A stretch of 64,000 bases of DNA from Paecilomyces variotii (taxonomy: Eukaryota): NCBI GenBank assembly GCA_004022145.1, contig RCNU01000002.1. One strand, given 5' to 3'. The translations under genes and the position numbers were made by a program. The notes beneath the pieces are model-generated. The model ran no database searches, was not told the origin of the DNA, and was given only the letters and a program-made list of their open reading frames with translations. The number at the start of each line of letters is the position of its first letter. Within the stretch, counting starts at the first letter, position 1. Shown here piece after piece: positions 40,074 through 52,433 of this stretch.

Positions 40074-42036
40074 ATGCCACCCGCGAACTCACCTTCAGTA
40101 TGGCGCTCTTTCCCGCAGGATGATGCCTCGTGGCGGTCCTTGCCACTCGCTCTGGTTCCTGGCGCGATGCTGGTCGAGGAATCCGCCGCTCGAGGCGTCC
40201 ATGCTCGACATGATCTCGCTAACTCGATTGTCTTACAGCAGGAAACACCGGCCCTCTCATCGTCTGCCGCCAGTCCATATCTTCAGCAACTCGAGGCAAT
40301 CTCCAGTCCTGTGCCAAATTTCGCCGCCACTCTGATCGCTCATCCTGAGACGCACGATGCCAATGACGAAAACGTGAGCTTCCTGCGGACTCGATTGCGA
40401 TCATCCCCGGAACCGCCGCTCAGTCGACAGCGTCGCAGGAGACAGCAGTATTCGACCGACGATCAACAAGACCAGATGGAAACGGATGACCAGCGGCCGC
40501 TACGAATGACTGTCGAGATCAATCGACGGATTCCTATTGTTCGCCGGCAGCGAGAGGAGGCAAACACAACCCCTAACTACGAAAACCGGGTGTCGGGCAT
40601 GCGATCATTATACGGTTGGGCGCCGGGGTCTGATGACGACGGGGAGGAGGAAAGAGACGATCCTTCCCACGAAAGCTCGGCCATGTCCTTCGGAAGAGGA
40701 GAGCGCGATCCGACACGGAGTAGTAGCAGTCTGAGAAATGGCCGACGGGAAGCTATCGTGAGGATTCCACCGACATTCGCGGGGGAGCCATCAGAAGGGG
40801 GTGGTCTTCGATTTGGAGAGTCCTCCATCACGGCAGAGGCATTATTGCAGTCCGTCAGACGTCAGCCAAGGTTCTCGAGGACGAGGATGCTGCAGAACTA
40901 CATATTGGACCGGGAACGGCAGGAGCAGGAGGAAAGGGAACGGGCATCCGCTTCGTCCACTTCGAGAGCATATCGATTCATTCCCAGCACACGAAATGAC
41001 TCCTATAGAAACCTGTCCCATTCGGATATCCGAGCCCGGATCAACGCGCACAGACAGATGTACATGGAAAACCCACCCAGTTCGCGGCTAAAGGAGACAA
41101 TCAAGTACCTGGAGCGAGTGAGATTCTCGAATTCATATGAAGAGAGCATCTCATCGGCCGCGGAAGGGGGGTTCATACAGTTTGATTATTTTACATGCAA
41201 CGAGGATGATTTCATTCTCGATACTACATCAATCGCACCGCCGGCGCAGTGCTCTTGGCTCCAGCCAGGAGCCGTATTCTCCGGGTCCCAACGTGCGGCC
41301 AATAGCTGTGGCGCTCAAATGCTATCACATCGCGTCCCGAGCCCGCATCAGAACGACCCAGTGATCGTGAATGGTAGTGATACCAACCGTATCAGCGTGT
41401 ATACGAGTAGCGGTCGTCGCTATTGGGCCAACAATCTCTACAGCCTCACGAATAGCAAGGATGAGCATTGGCCGGTGAAGGTGACAATTCATAGTATCGA
41501 CTACAATACGATGACGCTATCGGGAACGATGGAGGCTTATAATATCCCCGATAAGACTTCTCCTACACAGGACGCCCATATCGTGACCTTCCTCGAAGGG
41601 GAGATCATTGATTTCAACAAGCATACTCTGGAAACGAAGAGCTTCAAAGCAGATGCCGAAATCGACAGTACCTACTGGAGAGAGTTGCAACCGTTCAAGA
41701 ACCTCACGGATGATGAGATGATCAGGAACCTTGTGAGCAAGAAATGGCTTACGGAGGAACTAGCGAAGGGGTGGATCCTGATGCGATGGAAAGGTAGGTT
41801 TTGGCAGATGTCTCCGCATAGTTTCTCAATCTGACTATATGACAGAACGGTGTTTCGTCACACCTACCGATTCCCGACAAGGGCTCACGATATCCGGGTT
41901 CTACTACATCTCTCTCCGCCGAGACAACGGCCAAATCGAAGGCTTATACTACGATCCAGGCAGTTCTCCTTACCAACAGCTGTCTCTGAAACCAGAGATG
42001 GAGAAGATGATGTTCCCTGCATATGGCTTCCGATGA
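40074..42036 (+). CDS. GID4/Vid24-family (Vac_ImportDeg domain) protein with long disordered N-terminus (2 exons)
   Basis: SWLQPGAVFSGSQ, WPVKVTI, TFLEGEIIDF, YWRELQPF, ILMRWK/ERCF, LTISGFYY and IEGLYYDPGSSPYQQLSL. Strong Kozak GCCACCATG; intron 41794-41845. Confidence 0.85.
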
Positions 42037-42756
42037 TCTCGACCTAGTTGCATCTCTACGCATCGAACGAGTACACATCTCTTAGAGGAGCATTTGCTCT
42101 TGTTTTGTTTGTCATCTTTCACTGCTGGGCCGTCTGTCTATCGAATATTGGACTTTCTTGGCATCCATGGTTGTTTGAGCGTTATTGGAGGGGACTCCCC
42201 AATGTGGTCTCTTTTTAGCATTGGTCGGTGTTTCTCGCTCGTCGTTGCACTCTCGAGCGGTTTGTTGTTTTCATTATTCATACTGCCTCATCATGCTCGA
42301 CCTTCCCAAGATGTCTGTCACATCATCTGGAGCGCTTTTAGTCTGTCTGCCATACAGTTGGCATTCCACGGGCCGGCGAGGCTTCGAGCAGCTAGCCATA
42401 TCCATGTGTAGATAAAGTAATTGGAACGATGGATATATTCCTTCATACGGTTTCTTTTCCGATCTTACACATGAATACAAACTTTGCGGAAGCTATGAGA
42501 AGTAATACGATTATGATGGATCATCTTTAAGTGATTTCCTCAAGATTCCTTTTTCATTTATCATGTATATGGCAAGCTAGAACCAATGGCGGCCTTGTCC
42601 TATCCCCCACAAGTATCTAGATATTCATCACACGCATGATAACGATCAGGATATAACGACCACTTCCCCCGTTGCCGTTTGCGTTTGCGTTGCGAGACGA
42701 AGCGAGGCAATCGACAGACGGGTTAGATCATAACAGAGACGTAAGGGTGAAAACGT

Positions 42757-43697
42757 CTACTGCTCGGTCTGGAAGTAGTTGAGGAGGATGGAGCGCTCCT
42801 GGGACTCCTCACCCCAGTCACGGACGACAACGCAAGAGCAGTTGACGACCTTGCGGGCGTTACCCTCACGGTCGAGCTGGCCTAAACACACACAGACAAA
42901 TCAGTTAGAAATTCTTTCTTTCTTTTACCATTGATTTGATCCGATTCGATTCAGATAATAGAGTAAGAGTAAGGGTAAAGGAAGGGGGGGGGGGGGGGGG
43001 GGGGGGGGGGGGAGACATACAAAGACCAACCCACTCGCCGAGCAGCTTTCCATCAGGGACCTTGATGAGAGGAATCTTGTGCTCAGAGCACAGAGCAATG
43101 ACCAGCTTCTTGTAAGCCTCCTCCTCGCAGCCCTCGTTGAGGACACACATGTGAGCCTGGCGACGGTCAAGGGCCTTGGAGGCCTCGCGCAGACCACGGG
43201 CCAGACCGTCGTGGATCAGAGAGATCTTCAGAACGCCCTTGAGAGCGTCCAGGACGGACATCTGGCCGCCGGCACCGGCATCAGCGGAAACTTCGACCTC
43301 GTCGGCGGTCGCGACAGGGACCTCTTCTCCGTCCGACTGTTAAAGAGGGGGGGGGTTGTTAGCTTTGGATTCTGTTTTTTTGTTTTTGTGTTAGGGAGGA
43401 TATGGTGGGGTGGGGTAAGGAGAGAGAGAGAGAGAGAGAGAGAAGGAGGGAATTGAGCTCCGAGACAAGATCGCATTTAGCAGGAAAGGAAAAGAAAAGG
43501 AAAAAGAAACAAGTCGGTCTCATTTCCAATTGATCCTTCTTGTCTCTTTCATGACTCTTCTTCCCTTTCCATGTTCTCTTTTGGTTTTCTGGTTCCTCTC
43601 AATTCCCTCCCTCTCTCCCTCTCTCTGTCCCTCCCCAGTATTTCTTTCGTATATTGATCCATTCATGCGACACGGGAATATCTTGACTGCATACCAT
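42757..43697 (-). CDS. RPS12: 40S ribosomal protein S12 (eS12) (3 exons; exon 1 contributes only the ATG)
   Basis: ATG 43697-43695, intron 43694-43337, then SDGEE...[31 protein letters not shown]...LGEWVGLC, intron 43020-42882, then [23 protein letters not shown]. Confidence 0.97.
42984..43012 (+). repeat. G29 homopolymer (C29 in the RPS12 pre-mRNA), in intron 2
   Basis: Uninterrupted G run seen directly in the sequence. Confidence 0.95.
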
Positions 43698-43940
43698 TTT
43701 GATTCGCTACCTGCTTTTCAAGAAAAGTAGCTTTGGTGTAGTTTGTCAAATGTCGGATTATCCTCAAAGAGTGGATAATCGAGAGTCGTAGGGGGTGTGG
43801 TTTGGTAGTTGAAGATGATTGATCCTGAAGATTCGACTCTCGTTTTGAGAAATTTCCCCCCACTCGGCTAAAGTGCACAGTGTGTGCCCTATAATTATGT
43901 AATCCTCAACTACATGAGATTCGCCAATCAGAGTGTGTGG

Positions 43941-43950
43941 ATCACGTGAT
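43941..43950. promoter_or_regulatory. Palindromic E-box ATCACGTGAT (Cbf1-type site) upstream of RPS12
   Basis: Exact TCACGTGA ~250 nt upstream of the ATG, with CCAAT nearby. Cbf1-type sites are known in ribosomal-protein promoters of some fungi. Confidence 0.45.
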
Positions 43951-44327
43951 TTATAGTCTCGAGAAAACAACATTAATGTTGCCGTGGCTTGTTTTCTGAG
44001 CGTTGAAATCATTATTCTACTGGTAATAATGGCTTCATATTCACTTCGCGGAATAATTATCCACTGTATTGCTTCATGGTTACCTCTGTGGTACTCCTTA
44101 CAGGATCATGAAATAAATGTATAGTGAGCAGGTCTCAAGAGGAGCAAATCTGAGCCCAACGGGTTTTCGTGCCCCGTCAACATAACTGGAAGCCGCGAAA
44201 AGCGATCAAACAGAATGAGGTATCATAATCATACAACCAAGGAAAGGATCCACCTCAAATACCACAGACAGGTCGAATACTATGACCCACAAGTATGAAG
44301 GACGCAGTGTGAAGAGGGGCTGTTGAA

Positions 44328-47300
44328 TTAGACATATGTACTCGGTCGTGGAGGACCGTAGCCATTGGTCAGGCCGTTAGGGGGAGCATGTGCATCGGTG
44401 GCGTTTTCGGGATGCGAAAGCCCATAGACGTGTCCGTTTGTCTGCGGAAGTTCGGTCCTGGGAGTGTCCAGCGTAGGTTCACTGTCGATATGCATCTTCA
44501 GCAGCTGGATATCGAGACCATGAAGATGAGGAATATGAGGAACGAGATCCATGAAGTCGGAGAGCTAGTGACATGTTAGCGTGATCCCTATAGCCAAAGT
44601 AGACCATGTTACAATCCAACTTACCCTGACCCAGAAGACGTGCTCCATGTCAAAATACTTAGGTCGTGTTTCGCAATCCTTCTGCATGATCTCGCCAAAA
44701 GACAGGTTGAGGAAATCTGAGTCGTCCGCTTGCACGAGGATCCGGCGTGTTACGCGCCAGAGGTTCATCCGCTGAGTGGGTGTCGCGTTGCGCTTCTCCC
44801 AACTAGCATCTGCTTGGAAGTTAGCTCCATGTTACGAAACAGGACCAAAGGGGAAAACGTACATTGAGAGAGTTGCAAGTCGTTGGTGGCCAAAAGCGGA
44901 GCGACCAGAAAGTTCGGTACCCATCTCTCCTCTGCTATGTCAGGCTCGCAAGACAGATCGATCTGCCTGGTTTTGGCTGTCACCACCGGCATGAACTGTT
45001 TCAGCCACGCGTGGCTTCTTGCCCTTGGGTCATTCGATCCCACAAGGTTGGCAGCCATCCGAAGTCTGTTGGGCAGAGCGTCGCGACGTCGTTGCTCCTG
45101 TTCCTCTTGTTCCTTCCGCAGCTTCGCGACACGAATCCGTTCCTGTTCGAGTCGCTTCTGGCGATCATCTTCAGCTTGCCGGATCCGTCTCTGTTCGGCC
45201 TCCTTGCGTTTGCGTTCCTCCTCCTCCGCCTTCTCACGAGCGAGACGGGCGGCTTTCTCTGCAGCGTCCTTGGCATCTTCTTCCTCCTTGGCGATTCGAG
45301 CCTTTTCAGCCTCAGCAGCAAGCCGTTTCTCTTCCGCAATACGCTCCTCCTCTGCCTTCTTAGCTTCCTCCTTGACCCTCCGGCGCTCTGCTTCTGCTTC
45401 CGTCTTCTTGGCTTCAGCCTCGGCATCAGCGCGCTGATCGACCTCCATGGGAATCTCCTCCAGCACATGGGGCTCCTTCTTCTTCTCTTCCTTGACGGAG
45501 GCTACACTGTCAGACGATCTGGCCGATGTGCTATCTGCAGCCTGGGGCTTGGCCCGTGCGGCGTCCGGAGTGTGGTTATCAGAGTGCCGTGAATGCGGCT
45601 CTGCAGGCGATTCTCCATGTCTCTTGGCTGTCCCATTCACTTTCTGAGGTCCTTCCGACACGCGTCGTTTCTTCTTTTGGAGCTCATCTGAATCGCCTCC
45701 GTGCTGCTCACGGCCCCGTGAACGTGACCGCTCAGATGCATCACTACTCCGGGAACGCTTCAAAGACGGGACACTCAGTTTATCTCCCGTGGTCTCTGAA
45801 GCTGTATCCGTAGGGCGAGGTCTGGAAGCCTCTTCGCGTCCAGACGCTGCTTCAGACAACATGCTGGACTTCTTCTTTTCGCGATCCTGGGGTGGACGGC
45901 CAGCGATCAGACGTCGTCGCTTGGGGGTTTCTTCACTGTGGGTGCTGGGTCCGGAATCCGCGAGACTTCGGCCAGAAACAGCGGATTTGGCTCTGTGAGA
46001 TTCAGAGCGCACTGAGTCCGCTTCCGAGGGAGCGACAGAATGTTCACTGTGGCTTCCGTCCCGTGCAGATACCTTGGTGCGCATACCGCCATGAGGTGAC
46101 CGCTCCCGGTGTGCACCCGCTCCATCTCGTTTCTTCTCCCTCCTTATTTCTTTGGCGGAAGATTCCTGATGGCGGCTTGGTGGCGGGCTTCGAGCTGCCT
46201 TTCTCTGAGAAGCTACCGGCGACGGTGATCCTCTCCGTGCAGCCCTCTTGCTCTCCTTCTCCCGTTCCATATCACGAGCCCGACGAGGTGATCTCACGTC
46301 CGGCTTGCGCATCCTGCGCGCCTGGATGTAATCATCATAAGCTTGTTTCAGTATATCATACTCCTCCTGCCAGTCATCTCCCCTGCGCTCCCGCGCTAAT
46401 TCGAAATAGTAACGGTCACGGAACAGACGACGAGCGGGGTTGAAACCGGGTTGTGCGAGTAGAAGGCGAATAACGGCAAGGTTCCCTCGACCAATCGCTG
46501 CTAACATTGGCGTGTTGTAGCCGGGCTTCAGGTATCCATTTTGGACTGGGTCCGGATCCGGATCGGCATATCCAATGCCTAGTAGCAGTTGCATCACTTC
46601 GTCATGCCCTCCTTTGGCCGCCGCTATCAACGATTCTGCATCGGCCTTCTGTCCAACATTAAGGATGTTAGCAACTCCCGCCATATCCCCCTTGGCGGCA
46701 AACTCCCGTAAATTCTCGGGAGTAGCCTTCGTCCACAGTAGATCATTCCTTGTAGCTTCGCTCCTAACCGTCCGCCTTTTGCTCAGGGATGGCATCGGAG
46801 GCGGACTGCGACCATTAACCGGTGGAGAGTCGCGAGGACTGGCCGCAGAGACCGCTCGAGAGGTGTCCTTGTATCCGTTGGCGCTATGTTCATCCGAGCG
46901 CTGTCGACGATGCGGGTTCGCTTTGGCCTCAGCAATCACACGTCGTATTTCCTCGTAGTCTTCTGAATCGGACGGAACCAGCTCGTACGGTTCATCGCCT
47001 TCAGCATTAACCACCCGGGGATTAGCCCCCGCTGCCAGCAGAAGTTTCACTACTTCCAGATGTCCGTTCTCCACGGCGTCGATGAGAGGAGTGTCCTTGT
47101 CGATATTTTTGGTGTCCACTTCACAGCCTGCGTTGAGCAGGAACTCCACAATCGGAGCACAGCCTTCCAATGCAGCAATCTGGAGGGGGGTATTCCCCGC
47201 GTTATCCGCGACATTCAGATCCTCCGGTCGTTCTAAATGGCGAGCTTTGGCCGCCTCGACCTCTTGGGCGGCACAGGCTCGAGCCAGACGCGTTCGACCG

Positions 47301-48280
47301 TTCTGATCGCGCTGCTTTTTGTGGGCCATCTGCTTGGCGGGCGACATGGCCGCCGTGTCCACAGACTGCAGCCTCCGGAGGTGCGAGGACGGTAGCGGCG
47401 AGCCGCTGGTCGACGAAGATACGGACTGCCTATCTTCCGAGCTGTGACGCTGACGGCCTGTCATTAGTGGTGGTGGTGCCCGTCTCTTCCTCTGGTCCGC
47501 GCTGCTGTGCTGCGAGCCCGACGTGCCTCTCTTGTGTACGCGGTACGTGGGGGACACCGATCGGTCATCTGAGATGCGACGTGTTGATGGGACTGTGTTG
47601 GCCGACTTGCGGTCCCCATTGCGAGCGGGCTCCGCGCTGTGTTGCGGACGCACGCGTCGGTCCGACTCACTGTCGCCATCTCCCACGCCCTCGCTCGAGC
47701 TTCGTTTCCTGGCACGGCGGTCCTTCTCCGTCCTCGAGGTCAGTGATGCATGTGATGAATGCCGTCTGTCCATCCGATCCGACCAGCCATGCGGCTCCTC
47801 TGTCCGCTCCGACTTTACGACCGACCTGGAGGGCGATGTCACCCTCGACTGGGTGCCCGACCGACGAGCACCATCATCTTCTCCCTCGCGGGGGTCGCTT
47901 TCCATCCTCTTCCGCTTCCTGAAGTTACCGTCCGAGGGCGGTGCGTCCAGCTCCATCGTGTCGATCCGGTCATGTCCTTCGTGGGTTCGTTTCTGATCGT
48001 GCTGGATGAATCTCCGCTTCTTCTCGGGCGACAGCGACTCCCGCCCCGACTGGATAATCGTCTCCGCCTCTGAATCGGCCTTGGGGCTCGACACCACGAC
48101 ACCGTCGCCTGGAGCGTCGACCTTCCGGGGGCTCTCCCGGGGGGGCTCTGGTCGGGAGGGTTCTAATCGGGGGGACTGCAGACGAGGGCCCGTGGAGGAG
48201 TTGTCGTCCTTGAGGGTACGCGCAGTCTCTGCCAACCCCGAGACGGCTGGGACAGACGGGGCCGCCTCAGCGTCAGTCAT
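44328..48280 (-). CDS. HOS4: Ankyrin-repeat subunit of the Set3 histone deacetylase complex, Hos4-like (3 coding exons)
   Basis: ATG 48280 (MTDAEAAP). Ankyrin repeats DQNGRTRLARAC, DNAGNTPLQIAALEG, DKDTPLIDAVENGH and GYNTPMLAAIGRG, then a charged coiled coil. Introns 44862-44810 and 44624-44565. Confidence 0.78.
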
Positions 48281-48825
48281 CGCGGTAGCACCTGAGATCT
48301 GGGGTTTCCGTTCGTCATTTTCGGGAGCCGTGGCTGCCAGCGTGCTGCGTGCTGGGAGCCAGAGACAATGGCCTGGGTTGGGGGACGAGAACGGATGTGT
48401 ACTCGACCGGTCAGTGAGCTGGTTGATTGCTGTTTCAAGAATAATGAGGGGGGGGGAGCGTAAGTGAGAGCGAGAGCGAGAGTGAGAGAGAGAGAGGAGA
48501 GAATCGATTTTCGAGGCGGACAGGGGGGGGAGGTGAGAGAGTTGGTTGTCGACAAGGTAATAATATGGGGAGCGGCTATATATTGTTACGGGGGGCTTAG
48601 CACGGAGCCCCGTTGTGGGTGAGGAGAGGGAAAGGATGGCGGGTGGTGTCGTGACGGCGTTGAGTTGAGTGGGAATTTGGGATGTGCAGGAGAGAGAGGA
48701 GGAACAAGAACGAGTACGAGAAGCAGAATAATGCGAAGAGGAAGAAGTGGAAGAACTGCGGGCGGGAAAGGCAGACAATGGAACTCACTAAGTGAACTCA
48801 CTAACTCGACTCAACTGACTGACTG

Positions 48826-49322
48826 GCCTGAACTGAACTGAACTGAACCTGAATCTGAATCTCAGTGGCCACCGGGTTCTGCCGGGCGGGGAGGGATTGT
48901 GGCGGCGGGCATTCCTGGTCGAGTTGAAATTATGATTATTATTATTATTATTATTATGGTACTGGTAGATACTCGGTAATTAATTAATTATTATTATTAT
49001 TAAACAGAGGGACTCACTCACTCTTACTCTCTCTCTCGAGTTCTCATCTCAGTCATCTCACTCACTCAACTGCTCCAGTAACTAACTAATTACTGCTTGT
49101 CTCAGCCAGAAAGGGGGGCCTCTCGATCGCTGGCTGGTCGACTGCAGCCACCGCCTCCACCCGCCGATCCCCAGCGCTGGCCGGTTTCGTGCTGGATGCA
49201 ACAGGGATCGCCGCCTCCGGTGCGGATTCTCACTTCACCACTATGCCAATTAGTTTATCATCAGTTGCATCGGGCGTAATTTAATCATTAGTTGATTGAT
49301 TAATTACTTCGAGTACCATCTG

Positions 49323-49351
<29 letters not shown>
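48826..49351. repeat. Short tandem repeat cluster ((CTGAA)n, (ATT)n, TAAT arrays) in the HOS4/DFG10 divergent intergenic region
   Basis: ctgaactgaactgaactgaa at ~48828; attattattatt at ~48940, ~48990 and ~49325. Confidence 0.8.
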
Positions 49352-49353
<2 letters not shown>

Positions 49354-49953
49354 CTCTGGTCAATAATAATCAGTTATGAACTAGTTGGTTAGTGAGTTCA
49401 TTCGTTCGTTCAGAAAATAATGGGAGAGCGATCTGGAAGCTGCTCGCATGTATCTCTCTCGTGCCGTTTGTCGCCTTGCTCTCGTCTCAAGTTTCAACAA
49501 GGACAGGGTTGCCATGCACGCTGTCGTGGCTGCAGTCAGACTTGAGTACTCAAGTCCGTGCTCACTTCCAAATCTCTCTCTTCTCGATCTCCAGTCGGTG
49601 AGGGCCAGGCCCTGCTGAAGAAGATAGAGTAGTTCAGTTACCAGATAAAACAGGAATGCCACCCCCAAAACACTTCCTGTCGTGGGTCAAAACAACAACA
49701 ACAGTAAATAAATAATAATAATAACAATCAAATAATCCTGCACTGCCCAGATCAGAGCCCATGGGGGACCACCCGTGGATCTGACACCAGTTGGTTAGTA
49801 AATTAATCTAAGTCGTAGATAATAATAACCACTAGGTATCTTCCTCGAAGCCCACACTTCTCGCTGCCGTCCGCGCGTCTCCATCAGGCTCGCTGATAAA
49901 AACCAACTGTCGTCGACGTGACGTTCACACTCTTTCTCTGCCTCTGCACAAGG

Positions 49954-49987
49954 AGAAGAAGAAGAAGAAGAAGAAGAAGAAGAAGAA
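49954..49987 (+). repeat. (AGA)n microsatellite upstream of DFG10
   Basis: agaagaagaagaag... followed by a (GA)n run just before the ATG. Confidence 0.9.
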
Positions 49988-50040
49988 AAGGAAAAGGACA
50001 AGAAAAAGAAAGGGCAGCGGAGAGAGAGAGAGAGAGGAAG

Positions 50041-51136
50041 ATGGCGACCGTCGCACACACGGTCGCGTCGAAATGGACGGCCGCAGTCCAATCCACCGCC
50101 AACAACATGGACGCGGTAGACGCTGTGCGCGCCTTCTTCCTCTTCGCAACTTGCACGGTACGATCTGGCTCCGTCGCTTGTCTATCGTCTACAAGTCGGC
50201 TGAGATGTCCAGAGTAGACGCTGTCCGTCAGCGGGATTCCCTACTTGCGTGCCCGCTTCGTCGACTATGGCCCTCGTGCCACCGACTCCTCCAGGTCGGC
50301 GTCGACTATCGCCGCGCCTCGTTCACCGCTGACTCGCTTCATCGATTATCTGGCGGCGTGGAGAGTGCCGCACAGCTACTTCATCCATTTCTATGTGCTG
50401 TCCGTGCTGTCGTCCATCTTCTGGGCGACCCAGCTGCTCTCCCGCGGCCCCGCGTTCAGAGTCATCGCCGCTCGCGTCAACGAAGAGCATCGGTCCAAGT
50501 CCATGTCGCTCAATCAGGTCTGGCTATGTTGGGCTCTGATGGCCATCCAGGGTGCTCGACGGCTCTATGAATGCATTGCAACAGCGAAGCAGTCCTCCTC
50601 ACAGATGTGGTTCGTGCACTGGTTTCTGGGACTCGCCTTCTACATAGCAATGACGCTGGCGATCTGGATTGAAGGAACAGGTAGGAGAGTTCTCATGGGA
50701 TCCCGCCGGGGCTGCTGGCTCATACTAGGTTCCAGGCACCCTCCTTGCGCGAGATATCACCCTCGATCATCTGCGGGTCACCAACGTCCCTACGCCGCGG
50801 ACGCTGCTGTGTCTGCCTCTCTTTCTGTTGGCCTCGGGCCTGCAGCACGACTGCCATCATTACCTGGCGTCTCTGAAGAAGTATACCCTCCCTGCTCACC
50901 CACTCTTTCTCTCGGTAATATGCCCTCACTATACAGCAGAGTGTGTCATCTATCTGGCCCTGGCCCTGTTGGCTGCCCCTGCCGGAGAATCCATCAATAA
51001 GACGGTCCTCTCCGGTCTGTTCTTTGTCGCGGTCAACCTGGGCATTACCGCTGCCAGTAGCAAGCGATGGTACATGCAAAAGTTTGGCGAGGAAAACGTG
51101 CGGAATAGATGGAGGATGATCCCCTTCCTATATTAG
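50041..51136 (+). CDS. DFG10: Polyprenal/polyprenol reductase (3-oxo-5-alpha-steroid 4-dehydrogenase family, SRD5A3-like) (3 exons)
   Basis: FVDYG, RVPHSYFIHFY, RRLYEC, QHDCHHYLASLKKYTLP, CPHYTAECVIY and WY..KFG...RWRMIPFLY. Introns 50158-50217 and ~50681-50735; the start could instead be ATG 50107. Confidence 0.9.
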
Positions 51137-51381
51137 ATTAGAATCCGCCTATTAGAGCCAGTTCGATGCGAGAGCCGTGAACCACAGAGTCCATATCTGT
51201 TCCCCATGGTTTTCACGTGAATCATCTGGCATGGGTGTCAGGGTTCTTCCTAAGGCGGCAATTTCGCCAATTTCAAATGCAACCGGTTAGAGACCGCTCC
51301 AGCGAGACGGAATTCCCGCGTTGTGCAGGGGTTGATGGATGGATTGATAGAATTCTTTTCACTTTTTTTTTCTTCTTCCTG

Positions 51382-52433
51382 TCATCGTATACCCAAAAAC
51401 CTGCCACTGTTGCCCAGTTTCGCTACCTTGATCACATCCCGATATGTGAGGCTCATCCTCACTTCCCTTTCATACGAACCGCGTTCGTATCTCTGTCGAT
51501 CACCCAGTAGATCCCAGTTGCACACCGTTTGCGCCGTGAGATTCTCGTCCCGGTTCGTCTCCGCAATGCCGTGCAGATAATCCGTATACATGACTTTCGT
51601 CGTGATAAGCAGACTCCGCGGCTCCTGGAGGATCCGGTAGTGTTGTGGGCTAGCTCCGTTCTGCTCCTTTTGACCGTCATCATCGTCCCCGTTGGCTGGA
51701 TCAGGAACGGGGCTGTCCGACCCTTCTCGCCGGTGCTGCTTCTCGTACACGTCCAGTACTATAGGCGCTCCGAGACTCACAGTCGCCACGAGTGGGTAGT
51801 ACGCCGCTCCGTCCTCGTGTGGCATGATCCCCTGGCCGGGCCGGTACTCGTTGATCAGGACATGGTTGGGTGCTCCGTGCGGCGCGTCCGCGAAGATACC
51901 CAGCTCGTCGAATCGCGGACTGATGATCGGCTGTGTCAGCCAGGTCGGCAGCGGGGATGCGAGCAGCGTGTTGGACTTGGAGAGCGCCGACGGCCACGAC
52001 TGGAGACGGCGGTGGGAAAGCTGCGTCCAGCGCGGAAGCGGGACGGTAGTTATCTGTTTTGCAACATTAACAATCTCAGAAACCACGACAAAACTCGGGC
52101 AGGGGTTCAATCTGGTGTGTTTTCCGCCAGAAAAATCCCATTTTGGTGATATAGGCATCCCAAATAGGCGGGTGTCTCGTGACATCAAACAGGCAGTGCT
52201 CCCTGAAAAGGGGGTAGAGCAGATAGTATTTCTCAACATTGAGTAGGCATTCAGAAAATCCTTTCAGGAGCAGGAGGCTAAACACAAGAGATAGACACAA
52301 ACACGGAAAGACAAAACAAGGAAACACCAACCTTCTGTAGCAACCTCTCCTCCTCAGCCTCGCTGATGAAGTTGGGGATATAATATGCATCTTCCGGTAA
52401 CGATGTAATCCGCGCTGCTTCCAGTGAGGTCAT
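51382..52433 (-). CDS. AlkB-family 2OG-Fe(II) dioxygenase, ALKBH6-like (2 exons)
   Basis: YYIPNFISEAEEERLLQK/ITTVPLPRWTQLSHRRLQSW, NHVLINEYRPGQGIMPHEDG (HxD), YLHGI and RMSLTYR; intron 52331-52054. Confidence 0.9.

Noticed and set aside
44864-47996. Long + strand ORFs antisense to HOS4 (e.g. 242 aa, 250 aa)
   Set aside because: Shadow ORFs of a GC-rich, charged-residue coding strand, with no recognisable motifs.
48281-48778. 166-aa N-terminal part of the 1337-aa six-frame ORF, starting at TTG
   Set aside because: Low-complexity Ser/Leu/Pro sequence bounded by splice signals; most likely a 5'-UTR intron, with the real start at ATG 48280.
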